NCBI GenBank assembly: GCA_963664225.1
Contig: OY760937.1
Span: 160,001 to 224,000, forward strand
DNA length: 64,000 nucleotides
Direction: 5' to 3'
From: Verrucomicrobiia bacterium
GTDB lineage: Bacteria; Verrucomicrobiota; Verrucomicrobiia; Limisphaerales; UBA1319
Shown here: positions 44,046 to 53,093 of the stretch, one piece after another
Layout of the letters: each line of letters starts with the position of its first letter
Position numbering within the stretch: position 1 is the stretch's first letter
Position numbers and translations under genes: made by a program
The notes under the pieces: generated by a model
What the model saw: only the letters and a program-made list of their open reading frames with translations
Databases searched by the model: none
What the model was told of the DNA's origin: nothing

Positions 44046-45557
44046 TCAGTTACCACCGATGGTATACGTGCCGCTGGCAATGACGCTATTTGACATGCCT
44101 GCTTTGGTCGCCAGGGCCTTTACCGTGGTCGTGGTGGATATGGTCAAGGGGCCGCCGTACGCCGGTGAGGACGCCGTGGGAGCGTTGCCATTGGTGGTAT
44201 AGTGGATCATCGCCCCGGACGTGGCGCAATTGAGCGTCACCGATACGGCGGAGGAATAATTCCCCCTCGACGGATTGAGGGTGGGCGCGGCCACAGTGCC
44301 GGGCAGCGGAGTGCTGTAGGTTATCGACAACTGCGCATAACAGAGGTCGCTTCGGTTGGTCATAAGGTGATGTCCGTCCACGAGGGGGCCGTCGTTGCTC
44401 CAGAACAGGTATGGGCTGCCGCTGCCCGTCGACCCAAAATTGTATCCGGTACAGGTCGGATCCATGATTGTTGCATAAGGCCAGAACGCAATCGGATCCA
44501 CTTGTGGCACACCCGCGATGGCGGCGTAGTCGCTCCAAACGGGACTGGCAAGGGTCTTACTCGTCATATAGCAAAGACGGTTCAAACTCTTATTGAAGAA
44601 AACGCAAATCCAACATTGGGCATTTGTGTCGTATATTAAAGACTGGTTCCAACTGGCGTAGCTTACACCGCCTTGTTTTGGGTAAAAAGTGCCCCAATTA
44701 AGAACGGGCGTGGTGGAGATGGGTGAATAGTTGCCGCCCCCGATCCAGACCGTCCACCCATCCGGCTTGGTGAAGTCGGTCGTGCGAATAATTACCACGC
44801 CTTCCTTGTCCATGGCCGGCTCGCCGGTGCCGGGGTCGATCCGTGTGAAGTCACGATGATACAGATTGCCCAAGGCATAATAGTAGGCTCCTTCTTTGAA
44901 TATACCGGTAATCTGCTGCAAACCGCTGAAAGTATTCCAAGTACGCTTCCAAACCCCGTCCGCAAATGCCTGTGACCCCGTCCAATAGAATCCGGGACTG
45001 GTCACCAAATGATTGCCATTGTGCGTGTTGAGCGCAAATGAAGCTCCTCCATTGTGAGAAACGTAAGCATTTACCGAGGTCACCCACCCTCGGGATCCGG
45101 GTCCGCCGGCCAGCCGTTCCGCATACCATTCGGTGTGCGCCAATCCATAAAAGTTCACGCCATCCTCACTATAGGCCCCCAAAATAAATGGATAGTAGTT
45201 GTACAGGTTCTCTTGGATCTGCGTCCCGGACACCTTCGCGCTGTAAATCTTCTGGGGATCAAATGTCAGATGCAGCAAGTCCGGCCCCCGCAAACGGTAC
45301 ATTTCAGGACTGGGCATAAGCAAGTTCACTGTGCCGTCCGCTTCCCGCCAGGCGCTCATCGTCCCGTCAGCGAAACACCAGTCTTCTGTTTTTTGCGTAT
45401 GGTCGAAGAACTTCACCGCCGGGCCCACGACCTTGATGCCCGTGATTGTGTTTTCCGCCAGCACAGTGTTTATACCGAACCATGACATCTGCAAAAACAC
45501 CAAACCCGCGGTCAATGTTAAAACGCAACCGGCGCTTCGCCGTGATTTTCCTGTCAT
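44046..45557 (-). CDS. Secreted hypothetical protein with C-terminal chitobiase/FN3-associated domain
   Basis: Signal peptide; VAAPTLNP..IHYTTNG..P..S..Y..P..I..TTTVKA. Confidence 0.7.
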   Translation of the reverse strand: MTGKSRRSAGCVLTLTAGLVFLQMSWFGINTVLAENTITGIKVVGPAVKFFDHTQKTEDWCFADGTMSAWREADGTVNLLMPSPEMYRLRGPDLLHLTFDPQKIYSAKVSGTQIQENLYNYYPFILGAYSEDGVNFYGLAHTEWYAERLAGGPGSRGWVTSVNAYVSHNGGASFALNTHNGNHLVTSPGFYWTGSQAFADGVWKRTWNTFSGLQQITGIFKEGAYYYALGNLYHRDFTRIDPGTGEPAMDKEGVVIIRTTDFTKPDGWTVWIGGGNYSPISTTPVLNWGTFYPKQGGVSYASWNQSLIYDTNAQCWICVFFNKSLNRLCYMTSKTLASPVWSDYAAIAGVPQVDPIAFWPYATIMDPTCTGYNFGSTGSGSPYLFWSNDGPLVDGHHLMTNRSDLCYAQLSITYSTPLPGTVAAPTLNPSRGNYSSAVSVTLNCATSGAMIHYTTNGNAPTASSPAYGGPLTISTTTTVKALATKAGMSNSVIASGTYTIGGN

Positions 45558-46088
45558 AGCGCACCTCCTCTGTAGTGCATAACTAATTCTGAGAGAGAAA
45601 AGGCTCGGAATCGGTTGACACTTTGGGTTCTTGTTTTTCCTTCACGGTGATCCATCCCTGGCGGCGTAGCCAGGTTTCCACGACCAGGCAGCAAGCGGCG
45701 GCGGCGGTGGTGTGGCGGGACCGTTCCAGCATAATTTCCGTAAATTGCAAGAAGAGCTGGAATACTTCAAGGAGAATTCTCCGGCGGGAATCTCCGTGGG
45801 CGCAGGACAAAATTCTTCAGGAAATCCAAAAAGCCCTTAAAACGCCATAAAAGTATATAGGGAGAATTGCCTCGCTCAACCGTATGAAACGGACGCGCGA
45901 TCTTCCCTCCCGCCCTGCGAGGCACGAGCGGGGAGGGAGTTGGAGGGAGGGGTCGCCAGAAGATTCCTCCCAGGCATCCGATTTTTTCTTTTCGATTGTC
46001 CATTTTCCATAGTCAATTGTCCATTTCCTCCGCTCTTGCCTATTCTCCAATTTCATGCCATTGAAAAGCCAATCCGTTGAATCCCTGC

Positions 46089-47954
46089 ATGAAAATGAAT
46101 CGCATGAAACTGCCCTGGGTGTTTTGTTTGCTGGCCTCGTTGTGTTGTCTTCGCGCGCAGGACAAGCCTGCGGACGCCTTTCCCGTCCGCGGTTTGAGCA
46201 TTGCAGCGCCGCGACCCGACCGTCTGGACAAATTCATCAAGTTCGTCGATGAAGAACTCGCCCCTCGCGGTGTGAACACCCTGATACTCCGGGTGGATTA
46301 TGGTTTTCAGTTTGCTTCGCATCCCGAGCTGAGCGATGGCAATGGATTGTCGCGGGCGGATGCGGGTCGTCTGGTGGAGGTCTGCAAAAAGAATCACATC
46401 AAAATCATTCCGCTCATCGACCTGCTGGGGCATCAATCCTGGGACACGCATCCGGGCAATCTGCTCAAGACGCACCCTGAGTTCGATGAAACGCCCTGGG
46501 TGAAGTTCCCGGAGAAGTATAAATGGCCCAATGAAGACAGGCTCTATTGCAAGAGCTATTGTCCGCTGCATCCCGGGGTTCACGATGTGGTTTTTCCGCT
46601 GGTGGACGAGGTGTGCGACGCCTTTGAAGCGGAGGCTTTTCATGCGGGAATGGACGAGGTGTTTTACATCGGCGAGGACAAGTGCCCGCGCTGTGGCGGC
46701 AAGGACAAGTCCGAATTATTCGCCGGGGAGCTGAAAAAAATCAGGGATCATCTGGCCTTGAAAAATCGCAAACTGTGGATTTGGGGGGATCGCCTGTTGG
46801 ATGGAAAAACGACCGGTCTGGGTGAATGGGAAGCCAGCGAGAATGACACCTTCCGCGCGATCGACATGATCCCCAGGGACATCACGATCTGCGACTGGCA
46901 CTATGTCAAACCCGAGCCCACGGCGGCCTATTTCGCGATGAAGGGTTTTTCCGTGGTCACCTGTCCATGGAACAATCCCAAAAGCGGCGTGCTTCAGGTG
47001 CGCGACATGGCAAAAACCAGGGACAACGCAAACGCCAAAATTCGTGGCAATTTACAGGGCATTGTCGAAACCGTCTGGTCCGGTGCGGATTCGTTCATCG
47101 ATGAATATTACGGTCTGATGAAAGGCGCGGCGCCGAAGAAGGAAAGTCAGGCGCAATGTTTCATTCAGGTGTTTGAGGAGATGTCCGGCCACCTCCAAAA
47201 GCAGGCGACTCCGGACCGCAAGCGCAACCTGCTCATCATCGGCCAGAGCATCGGCTACCAGCATGATTCCGTGTCCAGCGCCATGGCCACGCTTTACCGC
47301 CTGGGCCGCGAAACCGGTCTCTGGGACACCTGCTTTAAAACGGACTGCACCGCCATCACCAAAAAACCGCTCAAGTGGGGTGCGAAGAACCTCGATGCCT
47401 TTGATGCCGTCATGTTCTTTACCGATGGCGATTTGAGCATGGATGATTCCCAGAAGGCCGACCTCCTGAATTTTGTGCGCGAAGAGGGCAAGGGCTTCAT
47501 TGGCGTGCATAGTGCCACGATCACGTTTACCACATGGCCGGAATACGGCGAAATGATTGGCGGCTATTTTGACGGCCATCCATGGGGCGAATTCAACGCA
47601 CCGCTCATTGTCGAGGACCCGGCATTTCCGGGGTTGGCGCATTTCCCGCGCACGTTCACGCTCAAGGACGAAATCTACCAGATTCGGAATTACTCGCGTG
47701 ATAACGTTCGCGTGCTTCTCCGTCTCGATCCCAATGGTGTGGATCTCACGAAAAAGGATGTTCACCGCACGGATGGCGATTTCGCGGTCGCCTGGGCGCG
47801 CAACTATGGCAAGGGCCGTGTTCTCTATAACGGTCTGGGCCATGGGCAGGATGTCTGGGACCGTCCGGACATTCAGAAGATGTGGGTCGAAATGATCCAA
47901 TGGGCCATGGGTCTCAAGCCAGGGGATGCCACGCCCCGGCCCCTGCCCAAATAG
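46089..47954 (+). CDS. GH20-like glycoside hydrolase fused to ThuA domain
   Basis: FHAGMDEV, WIWGD, CDWHY; C-terminal GYQHDS, GFIGVHSA, DEIY, GRVLYNGLGH. Confidence 0.82.
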   Translation: MKMNRMKLPWVFCLLASLCCLRAQDKPADAFPVRGLSIAAPRPDRLDKFIKFVDEELAPRGVNTLILRVDYGFQFASHPELSDGNGLSRADAGRLVEVCKKNHIKIIPLIDLLGHQSWDTHPGNLLKTHPEFDETPWVKFPEKYKWPNEDRLYCKSYCPLHPGVHDVVFPLVDEVCDAFEAEAFHAGMDEVFYIGEDKCPRCGGKDKSELFAGELKKIRDHLALKNRKLWIWGDRLLDGKTTGLGEWEASENDTFRAIDMIPRDITICDWHYVKPEPTAAYFAMKGFSVVTCPWNNPKSGVLQVRDMAKTRDNANAKIRGNLQGIVETVWSGADSFIDEYYGLMKGAAPKKESQAQCFIQVFEEMSGHLQKQATPDRKRNLLIIGQSIGYQHDSVSSAMATLYRLGRETGLWDTCFKTDCTAITKKPLKWGAKNLDAFDAVMFFTDGDLSMDDSQKADLLNFVREEGKGFIGVHSATITFTTWPEYGEMIGGYFDGHPWGEFNAPLIVEDPAFPGLAHFPRTFTLKDEIYQIRNYSRDNVRVLLRLDPNGVDLTKKDVHRTDGDFAVAWARNYGKGRVLYNGLGHGQDVWDRPDIQKMWVEMIQWAMGLKPGDATPRPLPK

Positions 47955-48333
47955 CGTACAGGACAAAATTCAGGAAGCTGGTAAAAGCCTAAACCGCACG
48001 AACCCGGCCAGGACGCCAATCGGCGGTGTGGGGCATTAAGTCCGGCGCGGTGGCAGCTCCTAAACCGTGCAATAAACCCAAGACTCGCAATACTCCTCCT
48101 CCTCCTGGGGGGAAGGCCGGGTTGAGGGCGGTCGTCCTTTTAGATCTGACTTTTCCGGACCCTCAATCGGCGCCCGGCCATTCCCGAAACCCATGCTATA
48201 TTTGTTTCTTATATACTCACATGCCCTTTTCATGGCTTTTTTCGCTTGCCGAAGAATTTTGTCATGCCCCTGCCCAAATAATGGCTGTGCTGCAATGCTT
48301 GCGCGCAGTGCGGCGGGAATCTATTGTGGCGTC

Positions 48334-51174
48334 ATGAACTTCTGGTTTTTGCTGGCGTTCGTGTTTTGCGCCGTCGAAGGATGGGCCGACAGCGGAGCCT
48401 TGGTGCGCTCGGGGGATTGGTGGAAGTATCTGCCCGGCACGAATTATCCCTCCGAAATCATTGGCGCATGGAAGGAGCCGGTCTTTAACGATTCGAACTG
48501 GCTCTCGGGACCGTGCCGCATCGGCTTTCTGGGCGGGGCTTTCGAGAATGCCAGTTTAATACCGCAAAATGCTCCCTCGGTTTATCTGCGAAAACAATTC
48601 ATCGTTCAGGACACAAATACCATCACCTGGCTCGTGTTGCGCCTGGATTACCAGGATGGCTATGTGGCGTATCTCAACGGGCAGGAAATCTCGCGCAAGG
48701 GCTTGGGTGGCTTAAGCGGAGATCCGGTGCCTTTCGATGCCAAAGCGGATCTGCATCCGGGGGGCGTGGCCGAGGAATTGGACATCACGGCATTCAAGAG
48801 TCTGTTGCATGACGGCGAAAACACGATTGCCATCGAGTGTCATCAGGCCGCCGCCGATCGCGTCACTATGTTTGCGGAACTGGTGGCCAATTTCACACGC
48901 GGCCCCTATGTGCAGGGAACCTCCTCGAATAGCACGCGCATTGTCTGGAAGACTCCCCTCGCATCAGATTCCACCGTCGAATATTCGGAAGTGGGCGCGG
49001 GGGAAACTCCCACGCTGACTGCGCACAGCGATACGTTGACGAATCTGCACCTGGTCACCCTCGAGAACCTGCGCCCCGACACGCGTTACAGTTATCGCGT
49101 CATCAGTGTCGCGGACACCAACGGCGCCAATCGTGCCGCCAGCAGTCCCTTTGAATTTCACACCTTCAAGGCCGGCGGCGGGGTGCGGTTTGCGGTCATT
49201 GCCGACTGTGGATCGGGCGGCGTGGACCAGTATCGAATGGCCGGAGTCCTGCGTTCATTAAATGTGGATCTGGTCGTCGTGGCCGGAGATGTCATTTATC
49301 CGCAATACACCTCGGGCCGCGCCGATGCGCGCTGCTTCAGCGTTTACCAACCTCAAATGTCCGGCGTTCCCTTTTTCGTGCTCCCGGGCAATCATGATCG
49401 CTATGCCAGCCCCGTGGATCTCTTTCAGGACTTCTACCCTGAAACCCCGGCCGGCTTTCCAGACGGTCTGTTCTATTCCTTTGACGCGGGCGACGCCCAC
49501 TTTGTGATTCTGGATACGGATTTGGGCGTGGGGATCGGAATCTGGCCGGGCAGCCCTCAAAACCAATGGTTGGAAAACGATCTGCGAACCACCACGAAAC
49601 CCTGGAAATTCATCTTTGCCCATAATCCCTGGTGGTCTTCGGGACCCCATGAATGGGACGATTACAACGTGAACCACTATCTGGACGAGATTGAATTGCG
49701 GGATAGCCTGGGTGTCGTGGCATTGCGTTACGGAGCGCAGGTCGGGTTTTATGGACATGAACACACCTATGAGCGCCTCGGTCCCGTTCAAGGGTTCCAC
49801 ACCATTATCACCGGTGGTGGCGGCGCGTATCTCTACTTCGAGTCCACCCCCAGTCCCTTTAGCGTTCAATATAACATGCAGCACGAAGTGGTGCTGGCCT
49901 CGCTCGAAGGCGACACACTCCAGACCTATGCCATCAACATTGACGGCCAACTCATTGATGCCATGAGCATCGGTCGTTCCGCCCCCGCCCGCCAGCCGAT
50001 CCAGGCCGCGTGGCAATCCCCTGCCTTGGACCTGCCGCTCACCGATGACGGCGATGGCAACCGCAGCAATCAGGTCTTTCGCGCCATCGGCTCCGGCATT
50101 ACCTCGGTGGCCGGCCAATCCGCAAACCTCGGTCGTCTCTTTGTGAATAACGACGAGGCCATGCTTTATCTTGGCATTGACCGCGCGATGATCCGCGACA
50201 ATCAAAACATCTACCTCTTCATTGAGTCGCCGGGATTGGAAGGCGTTACCAACATGGCCGGTCTCGGCAATGGCCTGCTCGATCCGCTGGGGCAGGGGGC
50301 GGATGGGCTGGACGCTTTGAAGAATCTTTCGTTCACCAATTTCCATCCTGCGGTGGCATGCATTTTGGGCGACGAATTTGCCGATGCCCAGGCCCGCGAT
50401 TTTAAGCGGCCCGGCGCCAAGTTCAGTACGGGCCAGGGCGTCTTTTATCTGAACCAGTCTCTCGATGACGCGCCGGTATTTCAATTGCAGCAATTCAACC
50501 GCAGCCCCCAGCTCGTGCCGGTGCCCGTTGAGCAAAACGCGGATTACATGGAAATCGTTCTGCCATTGGAATCTCTGGGCACACTCAAACCGGGGGATCT
50601 CATCAAGATCGGCGCCGTCGTGGCTCAAGCCTCGCTGATCACGAATAGTGAAAGCCTGATGCAAAACATCGATGCAGGTTACATTGGATATTCATTGACA
50701 AACATCGATAAAAACAACTTTGTACTCGAAGGTTTGCAGGTGCAACTTGCCGTTGCCACCGATGCGGACATGGATGGCCTCCTTGACGAATGGGAGGCGC
50801 GTTACGGTTTGGATCCGCAAAGCGCCATCGGTGAGGATGGTCCTGACGGCGATCCCGACGGGGACGGCATGACAAACCTCCAGGAGCAATTGGCGGGAAC
50901 CGATCCAATGGATGGGGCAAGTGCGCTGCGGTTGGTTTGCACTCGTCTGGACAATGGCGCCGTGCGGTTGACATGGCCAACGGTGACCGGGCGTCAATAT
51001 CTGCTGGAATACTCGGACTCGCTCAAGGCGGATTTTGCGCCAGTTGAATCAGTCGCGCCCGCGGAATTCCCGCAGCGCGCCCAGACCTCCGGGGAAATGA
51101 GCTACTTGGACGCGCCTCCCGGTGACGGCACACGACTCCCCGCGCGTTACTATCGCGTGCAAGTCATGAGATAG
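48334..51174 (+). CDS. Secreted purple-acid-phosphatase-like metallophosphoesterase with FN3 domain
   Basis: ADCG, GDVIY, GNHD, GHEHTYER; DxDxDG repeats and C-terminal tail. Confidence 0.85.
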   Translation: MNFWFLLAFVFCAVEGWADSGALVRSGDWWKYLPGTNYPSEIIGAWKEPVFNDSNWLSGPCRIGFLGGAFENASLIPQNAPSVYLRKQFIVQDTNTITWLVLRLDYQDGYVAYLNGQEISRKGLGGLSGDPVPFDAKADLHPGGVAEELDITAFKSLLHDGENTIAIECHQAAADRVTMFAELVANFTRGPYVQGTSSNSTRIVWKTPLASDSTVEYSEVGAGETPTLTAHSDTLTNLHLVTLENLRPDTRYSYRVISVADTNGANRAASSPFEFHTFKAGGGVRFAVIADCGSGGVDQYRMAGVLRSLNVDLVVVAGDVIYPQYTSGRADARCFSVYQPQMSGVPFFVLPGNHDRYASPVDLFQDFYPETPAGFPDGLFYSFDAGDAHFVILDTDLGVGIGIWPGSPQNQWLENDLRTTTKPWKFIFAHNPWWSSGPHEWDDYNVNHYLDEIELRDSLGVVALRYGAQVGFYGHEHTYERLGPVQGFHTIITGGGGAYLYFESTPSPFSVQYNMQHEVVLASLEGDTLQTYAINIDGQLIDAMSIGRSAPARQPIQAAWQSPALDLPLTDDGDGNRSNQVFRAIGSGITSVAGQSANLGRLFVNNDEAMLYLGIDRAMIRDNQNIYLFIESPGLEGVTNMAGLGNGLLDPLGQGADGLDALKNLSFTNFHPAVACILGDEFADAQARDFKRPGAKFSTGQGVFYLNQSLDDAPVFQLQQFNRSPQLVPVPVEQNADYMEIVLPLESLGTLKPGDLIKIGAVVAQASLITNSESLMQNIDAGYIGYSLTNIDKNNFVLEGLQVQLAVATDADMDGLLDEWEARYGLDPQSAIGEDGPDGDPDGDGMTNLQEQLAGTDPMDGASALRLVCTRLDNGAVRLTWPTVTGRQYLLEYSDSLKADFAPVESVAPAEFPQRAQTSGEMSYLDAPPGDGTRLPARYYRVQVMR

Positions 51175-51189
51175 GCCCGCCTGGCTCGA

Positions 51190-51915
51190 TTACGCGGTGG
51201 CTTTCTCGAACTTGTCGGCAATAGCGTCCCAATTGATGATCTTGAAAAATGCCGCGATGTATTCGGGCCGTCGATTCTGATACTTCAGATAATAGGCGTG
51301 CTCCCAGACATCCAGCGCCAGCAGCGGCGTGCGTCCCGCGCTCAACGGGGTGTCCTGGTTGGCGGTGATCTCCACCAGCAGACTCTTGTTTGGACCCACC
51401 GTCAGCCAGGCCCACCCGCTGCCAAACACCCCACCGGCCGCCTTGCTGAAATGGTCTCTGAACTCGCCATAGCTCTTGAACCTTTTTTCAATGGCTTCCA
51501 ATAGCGCTCCCTTGGGTGCCTCGGGTTTGTCTTTCGCCAGAAGTTCCCAGAACATCGAGTGATTGGCATGTCCGCCTCCCTGGTTTCGCACCGCAGTGCG
51601 AATACTTTCGGGGATGGCGTCCAAGTCCTTGAGCAGTTCCTCGACCGATTTCTTCCCCAGATCTTCGTGCCCTGCCAGCGCCTTGTTCAAATTCGCCACA
51701 TAAGCGGCATGGTGCTTGTCGTGATGGACTTTCATGGTTTCCGCGTCGATGAAAGGCTCCAGCGCGTCATAGGCATACGGCAGTGGCGGCAGCGTGAAAG
51801 GTCCCGCTGGCGGCGTCGCCTGGGCCAGCAGGGACGGCGTGGATGTGGTGGCGGCAATTGCCGCTGTGGTCACGGCGGCCAACTTGATTGCGTGACGTCG
51901 GGTTATCATGTTCAT
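51190..51915 (-). CDS. sodA: Fe/Mn superoxide dismutase with Tat signal (Mn-type motifs)
   Basis: [28 protein letters not shown]. Confidence 0.9.
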   Translation of the reverse strand: MNMITRRHAIKLAAVTTAAIAATTSTPSLLAQATPPAGPFTLPPLPYAYDALEPFIDAETMKVHHDKHHAAYVANLNKALAGHEDLGKKSVEELLKDLDAIPESIRTAVRNQGGGHANHSMFWELLAKDKPEAPKGALLEAIEKRFKSYGEFRDHFSKAAGGVFGSGWAWLTVGPNKSLLVEITANQDTPLSAGRTPLLALDVWEHAYYLKYQNRRPEYIAAFFKIINWDAIADKFEKATA

Positions 51916-52134
51916 ATCCTTTTTCTATTAACTTCGAGGGCGGCGCGTTCTCGTTATCGGCGCACGCGCCTTGACCAATTATAATGGCACACCAGGGTGG
52001 TTTCCGCCAGTGGATGTTGCAAGACGCTTATGCAATCCATTAGAAACAGAAATGCAATAACTTCCGTGTTGCGATGAACTCGAACAGCCACCCCGCGCTT
52101 GCCAAAATGCATTGGCCTTTCTATTGTTAACCCC

Positions 52135-53064
52135 ATGGAAAAAGTCATCATTATCGGCTCGGGCTGCGCGGGTTTGACAGCGGCCATTTACACGGCCCGT
52201 GCCAATCTGGAGCCCCTGGTGCTCACCGGGGTCGTGCCGGGCGGACTCCTCACCACAACCAGCATTGTCGAGAATTATCCCGGATTCCCCGATGGAATCG
52301 ATGGTTATGAATTGATGACGCGCATGCAAAAGCAGGCCGAGAAATTCGGGGCGCGCGTCAAATTCGCCACCGTGGACTCCGTCGATTTCACCAAAAGCCC
52401 ATTCTGGGTCACGGTGGACGGCGAACTGGTCGTGGCGCAATCGGTGATCATCGCCGCCGGCGCCGGTCATCGCCATCTGGACTTGGACAGCGAGGGCAAG
52501 CTTGAGCGCAAGGGCGTGACCTATTGCGCCACGTGCGATGGCGCTTTGCCCGTCTTTCGCAATAAGCCGGTCGTCGTGGTTGGCGGGGGCGACTCCGCCT
52601 GCGAGGAAGCTCTTTATCTGACACGCTTTGCCTCTTCGGTTCAGCTCATTCATCGCCGCGACACTTTGCGCGCCTCGCGGATCATGGCCGAACGGGTCCT
52701 GTCCAATCCCAAGATCAAACCGGTGTGGGACTCTGTCGTCACGGAAGTCATGGACGTCCAGGCGGACAAGGTGACCGGAGTGCGGATCAAGAATGTGAAG
52801 ACCAACGCGGAATCGGTCATCGATTGCGCCGGAGTCTTCGTGGCGATTGGTCATGTGCCATCCACTGCGATTTACAAGGGCCAGATCGAGCTGGACGAAA
52901 ACGGCTACGTGATCCAAAAGCAAGGCACACAGACCAGCGTTCCCGGAGTCTTTGTTGCGGGGGATTGCGCGGACCATGTTTATCGCCAGGCCGTCACCGC
53001 CGCGGGTCTGGGTTGTGCCGCAGCCATTGACGCCGAACGTTATCTCGCGGGCCTGAGCCAATAG
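52135..53064 (+). CDS. trxB: Thioredoxin reductase
   Basis: GSGCAG, ENYPGF, CATCDG, GGGDSA, YRQAVTAAG. Confidence 0.96.
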   Translation: MEKVIIIGSGCAGLTAAIYTARANLEPLVLTGVVPGGLLTTTSIVENYPGFPDGIDGYELMTRMQKQAEKFGARVKFATVDSVDFTKSPFWVTVDGELVVAQSVIIAAGAGHRHLDLDSEGKLERKGVTYCATCDGALPVFRNKPVVVVGGGDSACEEALYLTRFASSVQLIHRRDTLRASRIMAERVLSNPKIKPVWDSVVTEVMDVQADKVTGVRIKNVKTNAESVIDCAGVFVAIGHVPSTAIYKGQIELDENGYVIQKQGTQTSVPGVFVAGDCADHVYRQAVTAAGLGCAAAIDAERYLAGLSQ

Positions 53065-53093
53065 CCCAAACCGCCGCCCCAATAACTCAAGAC

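Noticed and set aside
45583..45810. Small ORF upstream of the secreted protein
   Set aside because: No recognisable motif; coding status cannot be supported
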